A stretch of DNA of 50,266 nucleotides, taken from IMG/VR virus record IMGVR_UViG_3300031626_000004, positions 1 to 50,266 of that record; one strand, given 5' to 3'. The translations under genes and the position numbers were made by a program. Source of the stretch: a virus (lineage: Duplodnaviria; Caudoviricetes). Positions 7,486-16,967 of this stretch are shown here, in pieces (the first letter of the stretch is position 1; each line of letters opens with the position of its first letter). A model generated the notes under the pieces. That model was not told the DNA's origin, ran no database searches, and worked only from the letters and a program-made list of their open reading frames with translations.

Positions 7486-7562
7486 GAACTGCTCGGTGTA
7501 GGTCCACGCCTGTGGCCTACCACCTCACTGTCAACTGGCCCCCTCACGGGGGCTATTTTTTT
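7486..7562 (+). ncRNA. candidate ~75-nt small RNA
   Basis: Promoter TTGCAG-17-TAAACT (7453-7481), hairpin 7495-7524, terminator 7536-7562. Confidence 0.35.
7536..7562 (+). terminator. intrinsic terminator
   Basis: TGGCCCCC-TCAC-GGGGGCTA followed by T7, at the junction of convergent genes. Confidence 0.85.
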
Positions 7563-7795
7563 GGCTCGTTCGATCTTCCAATTTTACTCTTGGCAAGCCG
7601 CGCGGGTTCCTTACTATAGCCGCGGATTTGTGTGACGTTATCTCGCTTCATGCTTTTGAGCAGCGATGCCGCTACATCAGGGGTTAGCCCAGCTAGCTCC
7701 CCCAGTTCCTTGGTTGCGTTAGCTAGGTTAGTCCACCCCTTCTTGTAATCACAGATAGACTCGATCATTTCATCGTGGGTTTTAGACTTAGCCAT
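7553..7795 (-). CDS. hypothetical protein
   Basis: 80-aa ORF overlapping the helicase end; GGAGG upstream. Confidence 0.7.
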   Translation of the reverse strand: MAKSKTHDEMIESICDYKKGWTNLANATKELGELAGLTPDVAASLLKSMKRDNVTQIRGYSKEPARLAKSKIGRSNEPKK

Positions 7796-9237
7796 TCTCT
7801 TGCATCCTCTCCTAGAACTTTTGCACCGATGTCGATCTTGGTGCGTAATGCTTTAACGATATGTTCATCGATGCTGCCTTCGCAGATCAGGTCGATGTAT
7901 GTCACGTTGTTTTTCTGTCCGATCCTGTGGGCCCGATCCTCTGATTGGATGCGCGTCTCAAGATTGAAGTCGTTGGCATAGTATACCACGAGGTTAGCCT
8001 CGGTCAAAGTCAGACCGTAGCCCGCGGTGGCGGGATTGCCCACAAAATACTTTAGCGGATGATCAGGGTTCTGGAAGTTGAGCACCGCTGCGGCTCGATC
8101 ATCGTCGGATGTATCTCCGAAGTATGACACAGCGCAGCCCTTGCCGAACTTTTTGTTTAGCATGTCTGTCATGCCGATGATATCGTGGCGGAACCGAGAC
8201 CAGATGATTGCTTTGCCGTCATGCTCGTTGATGATCTCTTCGAGCGCCTCCATTCTTTTGGATGGAAAGTACAGCATGTCGCCGTCATCAGTCTTGAGAT
8301 GCCCGGACATGATCTGCTGGAGCCGAAGCATCTGCGTGATCACAGCGGGAGCCGTGGACATCTCGCCACTATCCAACAGGACCATGGCATGCCTGCGGAT
8401 CTGTTCATACATATCGAACTGTTCTTTGGTCATGCCAACGTAACGTGCGGTGTATATCTTGTCGGGGAGATCGAGGCAGTCCTTCTTGAGCACCCGAAAG
8501 GAAAACATGTCGATCCTTTTGGTTAGCTCGTCGAGGTTCTTGAACCCTACTATCTGTTGGAAGGCGGCTTGGCCCATGGTTTTGCGCTGCACTACAGCAT
8601 AGCGTCCCTGGAAAGCATAGTATGAGTCGTAACCCAAGAGCCCAGGGCGGAGGAACTCGCACTGCGAATAGATATCCATCGGGCTTTTTGTTACGGGGGA
8701 ACCTGTCAACAGTCTTCTGTACTTGAACTGGGCTGCTATTTTCATTAGAGCTTTAGTGCGTTTGGCCTTGTGGTTTTTGATTGTTGTTGATTCGTCTATT
8801 GCTATCATGCCCCCTGCGCCAAGCGCACGAGCCATCCAGTTCCCTGCCTTCTGTCCTTTGAGCGAGGAGAATGATTCTACGTTCATCACGAAGATGGTCA
8901 GCCCCTCGAACTTATCTTGGACCGAGCGCATTTCTTCTTGCTGTTTCTTATTTGGGCCTGACACCCAGCGAATCACCCGGTGCGGTATGTCGTCGGACAT
9001 GTGCTCGGGTATCTCTTTGGCTACCCAGTTGCGATACACGCCCTTGGGTGCGATGACCAAAGCGAAGTTGATCTCTCCTGCTTGGTACAGCATGCCCATG
9101 TTATCGATCAGGACCTTTGATTTCCCTGTGCCCATCTCCATGAAGAGCCCGAACTCAGTGCGGTCCCAACCATAATCTAGTGCATCTGTCTGGTGATCGA
9201 ATGGTTTATATTTATATTTGTAGTTGACATCCATCAT
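7765..9237 (-). CDS. SNF2-like superfamily 2 helicase
   Basis: MEMGTGKS, DES, LTGSP, GYGLTL, QSEDRAHRIGQ. Confidence 0.92.
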   Translation of the reverse strand: MMDVNYKYKYKPFDHQTDALDYGWDRTEFGLFMEMGTGKSKVLIDNMGMLYQAGEINFALVIAPKGVYRNWVAKEIPEHMSDDIPHRVIRWVSGPNKKQQEEMRSVQDKFEGLTIFVMNVESFSSLKGQKAGNWMARALGAGGMIAIDESTTIKNHKAKRTKALMKIAAQFKYRRLLTGSPVTKSPMDIYSQCEFLRPGLLGYDSYYAFQGRYAVVQRKTMGQAAFQQIVGFKNLDELTKRIDMFSFRVLKKDCLDLPDKIYTARYVGMTKEQFDMYEQIRRHAMVLLDSGEMSTAPAVITQMLRLQQIMSGHLKTDDGDMLYFPSKRMEALEEIINEHDGKAIIWSRFRHDIIGMTDMLNKKFGKGCAVSYFGDTSDDDRAAAVLNFQNPDHPLKYFVGNPATAGYGLTLTEANLVVYYANDFNLETRIQSEDRAHRIGQKNNVTYIDLICEGSIDEHIVKALRTKIDIGAKVLGEDAREWLSLKPTMK

Positions 9238-9291
9238 ATACCTCCACTATTGTCTCTAGTACGGATAGCATGAGGCTGCCGCACAAATCAA
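9224..9291. promoter_or_regulatory. overlapping divergent promoters of the replication module
   Basis: + strand TTGACA-18-TATTGT (9224-9253); - strand TTGATT-18-TATCCG (9291-9262). Confidence 0.45.
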
Positions 9292-9310
9292 CCCTGAAGA
9301 GGAAAAACTT

Positions 9311-9871
9311 ATGAACGACATTTTTGAAGACATATTCGATGAGGCTGACGCGGTCAGTCGAGTTGACACAGGAACTGGAAAGCAACTCAGCCAACTGGTC
9401 CGCAATCTCCGCACTGTCGAGAACGATATCGAAGATGCAGAGACACATTTGAAATCACTGAAGCAAGAGAAACACAAGCTGTCTGTCGAGAACATCCCAG
9501 CCTTGATGGATGAGATGGGTGTAGAACGTTTGGATGTAGACGGCATGACCGTGGAGCGGAAGATGATTATCGCCGCGTCCATCCCTGTCGCCAACAAAGA
9601 TCAGGCGTTCGATTGGCTTAGGTCCAATGGTCTAGATGATATTATCAAGAACGATGTCACTGTGTCCTTTGGCAAGGGAGAAGACAACGTGGCGGGAGAT
9701 GTCATCGGCATCTTGCGTGACAAGGGATTCGATCCTAAGACCAAGACTCATGTTCACCCGTCCACGTTGAAGGCGTTTGTTAAAGAGCGCATCACTGACG
9801 GCAAACCAATCGACCTCGATCTGTTCGGGGCATTTATATCAAACACAGCAGTAATTAAGAGGAAAGCATAA
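9311..9871 (+). CDS. replication-associated protein (coiled coil + VHPSTLKAFVKE)
   Basis: GAGGA RBS; AFDWLR...DIIKN...HPSTLKAFVKE pattern typically found upstream of phage SSB genes. Confidence 0.7.
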   Translation: MNDIFEDIFDEADAVSRVDTGTGKQLSQLVRNLRTVENDIEDAETHLKSLKQEKHKLSVENIPALMDEMGVERLDVDGMTVERKMIIAASIPVANKDQAFDWLRSNGLDDIIKNDVTVSFGKGEDNVAGDVIGILRDKGFDPKTKTHVHPSTLKAFVKERITDGKPIDLDLFGAFISNTAVIKRKA

Positions 9872-10665
9872 TGGCTAATCAAGTAGCAACAAAAAAGAAT
9901 GCAGAGTTAAGCACAGACATCATGGATGACATCCTTGAGTTTGCAGGCGAGGGTGCTGCCTTTGGCGCAGATGAAATGCAGATCCCGTTTGTTCGGGCAC
10001 TACAAGCGTTGTCCCCACAGCTTGGCAAGAAGAAGCCTGAGTACATCGAGGGTGCGGAGCAGGGAGATATGTTCAACACTGTGACTGGCGAAGTCTGGAA
10101 GGGCGATGACGGCGTGACTATCATACCGTGCTACCAGACCACCAAGTATCTTGAGTTCACACCTCGTGACCAAGGCGGCGGATTCCGCGGCGAGATCAAC
10201 CCTACTGATCCGATCCTTCAGCGCACCTCGCGCGTTGGGTCCAAGGAAATCCTTCCAACAGGCAACGAGTTGGTCAAGTCAGACCAGCACTACTGCTTGG
10301 TATTGGGTGGAGACGGCGCGTATCAGCCTGCTGTTATCGACATGAAGTCTACGCAGTTAAAGGTCAGCCGTCGTTGGAAGACCCAGATTGCAATGCAGAA
10401 GATCAAGAACCCGAAGACAGGGGCCATGGTTGTACCTCCGCTGTTCGCTACAGTGTGGAAGATCACCACTGTTGAAGAGAGCAATGACCAAGGCACATGG
10501 TTCACGCCTTCTGTCGAGAAGGTCGGTCTTGTAGGTAGCCGCGATCTTATGCTTGAAGCCAAAGCCTTCCGCGACAGTGTCGCTGCGGGCGAAGTGAAAG
10601 CTGCTTCAGAGGAGCGTGTCCCCACTGCCTCTTCTGTACAACAGGATGACGACATCCCGTTTTAA
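9871..10665 (+). CDS. single-stranded DNA-binding protein-like
   Basis: LQALSPQ, acidic C-terminal DDDIPF tail, position in the replication module. Confidence 0.7.
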   Translation: MANQVATKKNAELSTDIMDDILEFAGEGAAFGADEMQIPFVRALQALSPQLGKKKPEYIEGAEQGDMFNTVTGEVWKGDDGVTIIPCYQTTKYLEFTPRDQGGGFRGEINPTDPILQRTSRVGSKEILPTGNELVKSDQHYCLVLGGDGAYQPAVIDMKSTQLKVSRRWKTQIAMQKIKNPKTGAMVVPPLFATVWKITTVEESNDQGTWFTPSVEKVGLVGSRDLMLEAKAFRDSVAAGEVKAASEERVPTASSVQQDDDIPF

Positions 10666-10673
10666 GCAGCCTC

Positions 10674-10705
10674 GGGAGAGGCGCGGGTAACGTCTCTCCC
10701 TTTTT
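10674..10705 (+). terminator. intrinsic terminator between SSB and primase
   Basis: GGGAGAGGCG-7 nt-CGTCTCTCCC followed by T5. Confidence 0.8.
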
Positions 10706-10722
10706 CACAACAGGAGCAGTAC

Positions 10723-12246
10723 ATGACACAAGCAAAGAGATTGCTTGCAGTATTCGTTGGTGCAAAGGCTGCACACGGCACGACCACTGTCGGTCGCATT
10801 GGACGAAACGGCAAGGCAGAATCCAAGAGTATGATCGTTCGCTCTCCTTTAACCGAGGAGCTCGTTCAATCCCACATAGATGGGAAGCAGGGCGTTGGTG
10901 CGATCCCGATTAATGAAGAGAACATGTGCAAGTTTGCGGCGCTGGACATCGATGTCTATGACCTGAACCACAATGAACTCCAAGCTAAAATCCAGAAGCT
11001 GAAACTGCCGTTGATGCACTGCCGATCTAAGTCGGGCGGCGCTCACCTGTATCTGTTTCTAAAAGACTGGGCCCCCGCAGCCAACATCAGGGATTATTTG
11101 ACAGAGATGTCTATTGCTCTGGGCTTTAGCGGCTGCGAGATATTCCCGAAGCAAGACACGATCATCGCGGAGCGTGGAGACGTGGGCAACTTTATCAACA
11201 TGCCCTACTTCAACGCCGAGATGCCCCAGCGTTATTGCTTTAACTCACACACCGAGGCGCTTGAGTTAGACGAGTTCTTAGATGCGGTGGACAAGGCCCG
11301 CGTGTCTGAGTCCGACCTCGAGGGCTTTCGGTTTGCTGGGAAGCGCAAGTACTTCACCGATGGACCGCCCTGCCTTGAGCATCTGTTCGCGGATGGGCCA
11401 ATTGATACGCCACGCAATACATGCATGTACCAGTGCGGCATCTATGCCAAGCTGTCGGACCCCGACAACTGGAAGAGTAAGTTGGAAGAGTTCAACCGGA
11501 CGCTGTGCTCTGAGCCGCTGCCGTCTGTAGAGGTGATCAACCTGGGCAAGTCGCTTGACCGGAAAGACTTTGCGTACAAGTGCAAGGAAGAACCATTCAA
11601 GAGTTACTGCGACCCGACCCTCTGCGCGAGCAGGAAGTTTGGGATCAGCACTGATGCGCCTGACATGCCCTCGGTTGGAGGCTTGACGATCATGTTGTCC
11701 GAGCCGCGCGTGTACTTCATGGATGTCAACGGCGCGAGGATTCAGTTGTCCACTGAGCAGTTGCAGAATCAGATCCTGTGGCAGCGGGCATGCATGGAGC
11801 AGATGAACTTGATGCCTCCTACAGTCAAGCCTCAGAAGTGGCAGCAGATGGTCAACCAGTTGATGCAAGGCGCTACGGTTATCGAAGTGCCGGAGGAAGC
11901 CACGATCAAGGGCCAGTTCAAAGACCACCTCAAGTCCTATTGCACCAGCCACATCAGGGCTATGGCTCCTGAAGAGATGGAGATGAACAAACCGTGGACT
12001 GATGCTGGGGTAACCAAGTTCAAACTGGAAGGTTTGATAGAGTACCTGCACCACCGTAGGTTCAAGGTAGAGAACCGTGGGCAGTTGATCCAACTGATCA
12101 AGGACGTTGGCGGGGACCAAAGCCGAGAAAACATTAAGAAGTCCGACGGAAGAAGAACAACGCTTCGATGCTGGGCAGTCCCATCCTTTGAAGACGATCA
12201 CATTGAATTACCAATAAGGGAGATGAACGATGACATCCCATTCTAA
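10723..12246 (+). CDS. archaeo-eukaryotic primase (AEP) family primase
   Basis: DID motif I, SKSGGAHLY motif II, EIFPKQ, GNFINMPY, PPC, Cys cluster. Confidence 0.85.
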   Translation: MTQAKRLLAVFVGAKAAHGTTTVGRIGRNGKAESKSMIVRSPLTEELVQSHIDGKQGVGAIPINEENMCKFAALDIDVYDLNHNELQAKIQKLKLPLMHCRSKSGGAHLYLFLKDWAPAANIRDYLTEMSIALGFSGCEIFPKQDTIIAERGDVGNFINMPYFNAEMPQRYCFNSHTEALELDEFLDAVDKARVSESDLEGFRFAGKRKYFTDGPPCLEHLFADGPIDTPRNTCMYQCGIYAKLSDPDNWKSKLEEFNRTLCSEPLPSVEVINLGKSLDRKDFAYKCKEEPFKSYCDPTLCASRKFGISTDAPDMPSVGGLTIMLSEPRVYFMDVNGARIQLSTEQLQNQILWQRACMEQMNLMPPTVKPQKWQQMVNQLMQGATVIEVPEEATIKGQFKDHLKSYCTSHIRAMAPEEMEMNKPWTDAGVTKFKLEGLIEYLHHRRFKVENRGQLIQLIKDVGGDQSRENIKKSDGRRTTLRCWAVPSFEDDHIELPIREMNDDIPF

Positions 12247-12445
12247 TAGACTCCTGCGGGTAGGAGAAGTTGCGGACCTGTTGGGGGTATCCAAGTCGTA
12301 CGTCTACAAGTTGGCTCAAACAACCCCCGACTTCCCACTCCCTGTTGTACTGGGCAGCGAACACAGCAAGCGTTCGTCTAGCCGCTGGGTTCTGTCCGAG
12401 ATTGAGGATTGGGTGAGCAGCAGGCCGAGGGGGAAGGAGCTATGA
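12230..12445 (+). CDS. AlpA / excisionase-like DNA-binding protein
   Basis: LLRVGEVADLLGVSKSYVY...FPLPV...SRWVLSEIEDW. Confidence 0.85.
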   Translation: MTSHSNRLLRVGEVADLLGVSKSYVYKLAQTTPDFPLPVVLGSEHSKRSSSRWVLSEIEDWVSSRPRGKEL

Positions 12446-14001
12446 CTGCGCTCTACGATGGCTGGTCAGTGGGGATTGACAACTCACTTCTGATCTTGGG
12501 GCCCCCAGGCTGCGGCAAGACGCACCGTTTGATCCGAGAGATCAAGGCTGCACTTGCCAACGGCACACACCCTTCCCGCATCGGCGTCATTTCGTTTACC
12601 CGCAAGGCTATCGAAGAGATGGTTTCTCGTGCCTGCGCTGAGTTCAACCTGACACCCAAAGACTTTCCGCACATGCGGACGAGTCACTCGTTTGGGTTTA
12701 ACGGTCTGGGTCTGCAAAAGCAGGACGTTTTGAGCACCGAGGACTATGCTGATCTAGGCAGTAAGATAGGTCTGACCTTTGAGGGGGACGACAAAACCAG
12801 CATTGATGACGGTGTATCCATGCCCACCATCGGTGGATCGGGGTCCCAGTACCTCCAGCTAGAGCACCGCGCTCGGTATCGGATGGTTACACTGGAGCAA
12901 GAGTTCAACAAGGAGGGGAACAGGGATTTGTTCTACCCCAAGTTGGTCCAACTCCACGAGCAGATGAACGAGTACAAGTCGGTGATGGGCAAGTATGACT
13001 TCGTTGACATGATCGAGAAGTACATCGACATCGGGGATCCCCCTGGCTTGGACTATCTGTTTATTGACGAGGCTCAAGACTTCACGCCTTTGCAGTGGGA
13101 GATGGCGAAGAAGATTGCTGAACGGGCAGGCAAGGTGATCATTGCGGGCGACGACGATCAAGCCGTACACCGTTGGACCGGGGTTGAGGTTGATTTGTTT
13201 ATCCAATCCTCGAACCAAGTTGAGAGGCTCACTCAGTCCTACCGCATCCCAAGGTCTGTCCACCGTCTGGCTAACACCGTCTCACGGCGCATCACTGGGC
13301 GATTGGAGAAAGAGTTCCAGCCCCGTGAAGAAGAGGGCTTGGTTGATTACGTCTACCATCTGGAAGATATCCCCGTAAACGAGGGGTCATGGACCGTGAT
13401 GGCGCGAACAAACTATCAGGTTCGAGAGCTAGCCAAATGGTTTCGGGCCTCCGGCTTTAAGTTTTCCATGAAGGGCTATGCTAGCATATCAGAGAAGTTG
13501 GTCGGGAACATCCTAGCGTGGGAGGACCTGTGCCAAGACAAGACGATAGGATTGCAGCGGCTGCGCCAGTTGTACACTGGGTTGCCCAAGCAGGGGGAAG
13601 ACGCTGCTCTAAGGCGGGGTGCTACCAAACTGCTGGATGCGATCCATCCGGAGGCCGAGGTTGGAATGCAACAACTCCAATCGGATTACGGATTGCTAAA
13701 AGGGGCGGAGATATCTGCGTATAACGTACTCAGGGTCAGTGTTTCTGAGCGCAACTATATTGATGCGATCCAGCGTAGGGGCGAGGACCTTCTGTCACCG
13801 CCTCGGATCAAACTGTCCACGTTTCATGCGATGAAGGGCGGCGAGGATGACAACTGCATTGTATATACAGCGTCCACTAAGGCTTGCGTTGGGTCCAGAT
13901 ACCAAGAGGATGAGCACCGTGCGTTTTACGTTGGTGTTACCAGAGCCCGACACACGCTCTACATTTTACAAACCGATAACAAATACAGGTACACATTATG
14001 A
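12442..14001 (+). CDS. UvrD/Rep-like superfamily 1 helicase
   Basis: GPPGCGKT, IDEAQD, GDDDQAV, QSYR, STFHAMKGGE, YVGVTRA; AAGGAG RBS. Confidence 0.92.
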   Translation: MTALYDGWSVGIDNSLLILGPPGCGKTHRLIREIKAALANGTHPSRIGVISFTRKAIEEMVSRACAEFNLTPKDFPHMRTSHSFGFNGLGLQKQDVLSTEDYADLGSKIGLTFEGDDKTSIDDGVSMPTIGGSGSQYLQLEHRARYRMVTLEQEFNKEGNRDLFYPKLVQLHEQMNEYKSVMGKYDFVDMIEKYIDIGDPPGLDYLFIDEAQDFTPLQWEMAKKIAERAGKVIIAGDDDQAVHRWTGVEVDLFIQSSNQVERLTQSYRIPRSVHRLANTVSRRITGRLEKEFQPREEEGLVDYVYHLEDIPVNEGSWTVMARTNYQVRELAKWFRASGFKFSMKGYASISEKLVGNILAWEDLCQDKTIGLQRLRQLYTGLPKQGEDAALRRGATKLLDAIHPEAEVGMQQLQSDYGLLKGAEISAYNVLRVSVSERNYIDAIQRRGEDLLSPPRIKLSTFHAMKGGEDDNCIVYTASTKACVGSRYQEDEHRAFYVGVTRARHTLYILQTDNKYRYTL

Positions 14002-14186
14002 AAGCAACTGAAGCCATTGCAAGAACCCTGATATTTGTCACAGAGAACCCTGATATTAAACCAGAGGATGAGCTGAGGGTAATGGCAGAAATGCTGGAGC
14101 CGATGCTAGATGCAATCTTCGGGTCAGATTACGAAAAGGTTGGTAACTTATCCGTCCAAAAGGGAGACTCAGATGAAACTAACTAG
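13998..14186 (+). CDS. hypothetical protein
   Basis: ATGA overlap with the helicase stop. Confidence 0.6.
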   Translation: MKATEAIARTLIFVTENPDIKPEDELRVMAEMLEPMLDAIFGSDYEKVGNLSVQKGDSDETN

Positions 14187-14529
14187 AAAACACGAGATCG
14201 ATGCCGAGGCGGCAGTATTCTCTAATAAACACCCCAAGGTTACCGAACTGTTTGTTCGGTTCACTACAGAGATTATTAACCGAGGGTTCAATCACTACTC
14301 AGTCAGTGCTATTTTTGAGCGAATCCGCTGGGAGACAGACCAAGCAGATGTAGATGGCAAGTCTACGTTCAAGCTAAACAACAACTACCGTGCTTGGTAT
14401 GCTCGTAGATTTATGGAACATAACCCAGAACATGCAGGGTTTTTTAGAACCAGACGCCGTGCAAGTGCGCTGCAAGACGCTTTAGGTTTATACGAGTTCA
14501 CTGCCGAGGATTTTGAAGATGAAACGTGA
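14173..14529 (+). CDS. conserved phage hypothetical protein
   Basis: IFERIRWE...FKLNNNYRAWYAR...FFRTR; GGGAG RBS. Confidence 0.75.
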   Translation: MKLTRKHEIDAEAAVFSNKHPKVTELFVRFTTEIINRGFNHYSVSAIFERIRWETDQADVDGKSTFKLNNNYRAWYARRFMEHNPEHAGFFRTRRRASALQDALGLYEFTAEDFEDET

Positions 14530-14848
14530 TGAAGTCTTAGACACAGCAAAAGAACTGATCAATGGATCGAGGGCCAAGGACTACGGGGATGCGTTCGAGA
14601 ACTTCTCTCGGATTGCAGTAGGCTGGAACGCCATCATCAAAGAGGCGATGATGACTCACGGGCATGTGACCGAGCGGCACATTGCGCTGATGATGGACTG
14701 GTTGAAGACGGCACGGCTGCTCAACGACCTCGACAAGGTAGACTCGTGGATCGACAAGTGTGGCTACAGTGCGTTGGGCTCAGAGTTCACGGATCGTGAG
14801 AACGACATCCAAAAGCGTATAGCTTTGCACCTAAAGAAAGATAATTGA
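14519..14848 (+). CDS. DUF6378 / nucleotide diphosphohydrolase-like protein
   Basis: RAKDYGD...NFSRIA..W...LKTARL...DSWIDKCGY. Confidence 0.75.
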   Translation: MKRDEVLDTAKELINGSRAKDYGDAFENFSRIAVGWNAIIKEAMMTHGHVTERHIALMMDWLKTARLLNDLDKVDSWIDKCGYSALGSEFTDRENDIQKRIALHLKKDN

Positions 14849-16761
14849 TGTCAGAGAACCTATTCGGAAGCGATCTGCACCACCAGTTTAAAGGGGAGAT
14901 GGACATGATAGACTCGGACTGGAACATACCGCCGGAGTACCCAGACCTGACAGGCTATAAAGAAGTTGCTGTTGATCTGGAAACCAAGGACCCGAACATC
15001 AAGACGCTTGGCCCAGGCTGGTCTAGGAAAGACGGGCACATCATCGGGATCGCTGTCGCAGCGGGAGAGTACAAGGGGTACTTCCCTATCCGCCACGAGA
15101 ACGGGCACAACCTTGATCCAAGGATCACGTTGAAGTGGCTGAAGAAGCAGATGGCTGTGCCTGAGATGGATGTAATAATGCATAACGCAACCTACGATGC
15201 GGGTTGGATGCGGGCCGAGGGCGTCGAGATCAAGGGTCGGATGATCGACACCATGATTACAGGCGCTCTGGTTGACGAGAACCGCTGGTCCTTTGGCCTT
15301 GATGCGATGGCTCGGGACTATGCTGGGGTACGCAAAGACGAGAAGATGTTGAAGGCTGCGGCTGCGGCGTGGGGCATCGATCCCAAGGCAGAGATGTGGC
15401 AGTTACCCCCGATGTATGTTGGGGCCTACGCCGAACGCGATGCTGTGGCGACACTGAAACTCTGGCAGGCCCTGAAGATCCAATTGGATGAGCAGAAGCT
15501 GTGGGACATCTGGAACACTGAGACCAAACTAATCCCTTGCTTGCTGGACATGCGGAGCAAAGGGGTGCGCGTTGATCTGGACAAGGCTGATCGCAACAAG
15601 AAGTTAATCCGCAGCAAGTCTAAAGAGATGCGGCGTTTGATCGAGAAGGAAGCTGGGCTTGAGGTAGACATCTGGGCCTCTGCATCCATCGCTAAGATGT
15701 TTGACAAGCTGGGCCTTGAGTACCCAAGGACCGAGAGGGGTGCGCCCTCGTTCAACAAAGCGTATCTAAACAACCACCCGTCTGAGATATGCCAGAAGCT
15801 GGTTAAGCTGCGGGAGTTCGACAAGGCTGACAGCACGTTTATCGACAGCATCCTGCGGCACGAGCACAACGGGCGCATCCACACGGAGCTCCACTCCACT
15901 CGGAGGGACGAGGGCGGCACGGTCACGGGCAGATTCTCCTCCTCGAACCCCAATCTCCAGCAGATTCCGGCGCGGGACAAGGACATCAAGAAACTAATCC
16001 GCGGTCTTTTTATCCCAGAAGAGGGGTACAAGTGGGGATCGTTCGATTATTCTAGCCAAGAACCAAGATTACTCGTACACTTCGCCGCCAGCGTTGGGGA
16101 GATCCAAGGGCAGGATCTGCTCGCGGACATTGTCCACCAGTACAACACCGCTGATGTAGACCTCCACCAGATTGTCGCTGACCTAGCTGGGATCAAGCGC
16201 AAGGAAGCGAAGGCCGTGAACCTCGGGATTATGTACGGGATGGGTGTGGCAAAGCTAGCCGATCAACTGGGCGTCGATCCAGATGAGGCGAAGGGATTGC
16301 TGCAGCAGCACCGCGAGATGGTGCCGTTTGTTAAGGCACTGGCTGAGATGGCTTCTCGTAGGGCCGCAAACTCAGGGCAAATCCGGACGGTGTTAGGTCG
16401 TCTGTGCCGCTTCCACCTTTGGGAGCCCACTACGTTCGGGGCAGGCAAACCTTTGCCCCACGAGGAGGCGTTGAAGGAATACGGGGGAGTCAACGGCATG
16501 GGTATCCGCCGCGCCTTCACATACAAAGCACTCAACCGTTTGATCCAAGGATCGGCGGCGGACCAAACCAAGAAGGCTATGCTCGATTGTTACAGTGAGG
16601 GATATACTCCTATGCTAACGGTACATGACGAGCTATGCTTTAACATAGATAGCCCAGAGCAGACTGCCAGGATCAAGGAGATCATGGAGAACGGAGTCCA
16701 GCTAAAGGTTCCATCTAAAATTGACGTTGATATTCAAGATGATTGGGGAGAAATCGAATGA
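14845..16761 (+). CDS. polA: DNA polymerase family A with 3'-5' exonuclease
   Basis: Exo DLET / HNATYD / YAERD; motif A DYSSQEPR; motif B RKEAKAVNLGIMYG; motif C VHDEL. Confidence 0.95.
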   Translation: MMSENLFGSDLHHQFKGEMDMIDSDWNIPPEYPDLTGYKEVAVDLETKDPNIKTLGPGWSRKDGHIIGIAVAAGEYKGYFPIRHENGHNLDPRITLKWLKKQMAVPEMDVIMHNATYDAGWMRAEGVEIKGRMIDTMITGALVDENRWSFGLDAMARDYAGVRKDEKMLKAAAAAWGIDPKAEMWQLPPMYVGAYAERDAVATLKLWQALKIQLDEQKLWDIWNTETKLIPCLLDMRSKGVRVDLDKADRNKKLIRSKSKEMRRLIEKEAGLEVDIWASASIAKMFDKLGLEYPRTERGAPSFNKAYLNNHPSEICQKLVKLREFDKADSTFIDSILRHEHNGRIHTELHSTRRDEGGTVTGRFSSSNPNLQQIPARDKDIKKLIRGLFIPEEGYKWGSFDYSSQEPRLLVHFAASVGEIQGQDLLADIVHQYNTADVDLHQIVADLAGIKRKEAKAVNLGIMYGMGVAKLADQLGVDPDEAKGLLQQHREMVPFVKALAEMASRRAANSGQIRTVLGRLCRFHLWEPTTFGAGKPLPHEEALKEYGGVNGMGIRRAFTYKALNRLIQGSAADQTKKAMLDCYSEGYTPMLTVHDELCFNIDSPEQTARIKEIMENGVQLKVPSKIDVDIQDDWGEIE

Positions 16762-16967
16762 CACATATAGAAGACCTGCAAGCACTAGGCTTCCGTCAAA
16801 TGCACAAGGTACAGATCGATGCGCTGCTTGACCTGATTGCCGTAACCCTAAACCTAGCAGCCCTGACCAATGATCCAGATGTTATCGACGAGACCGAGGC
16901 CACCTGTGACGAACTGGTTCGTCTGTTTGGCGGCAACGGCGTCGAGTTATCTATCAATGTTCACTGA
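16758..16967 (+). CDS. hypothetical protein
   Basis: ATGA overlap with polA; GGGGAG RBS. Confidence 0.7.
   Translation: MTHIEDLQALGFRQMHKVQIDALLDLIAVTLNLAALTNDPDVIDETEATCDELVRLFGGNGVELSINVH

Noticed and set aside
7486-7562. tRNA gene
   Set aside because: No cloverleaf, T-loop or CCA end; kept only as a candidate sRNA
11278-12201. 307-aa antisense ORF
   Set aside because: Shadow of the primase gene with no recognisable motif; the other antisense ORFs in the track were rejected for the same reason
12230-12445. Prophage or integration module
   Set aside because: No integrase, att site or host genes recognised in the window
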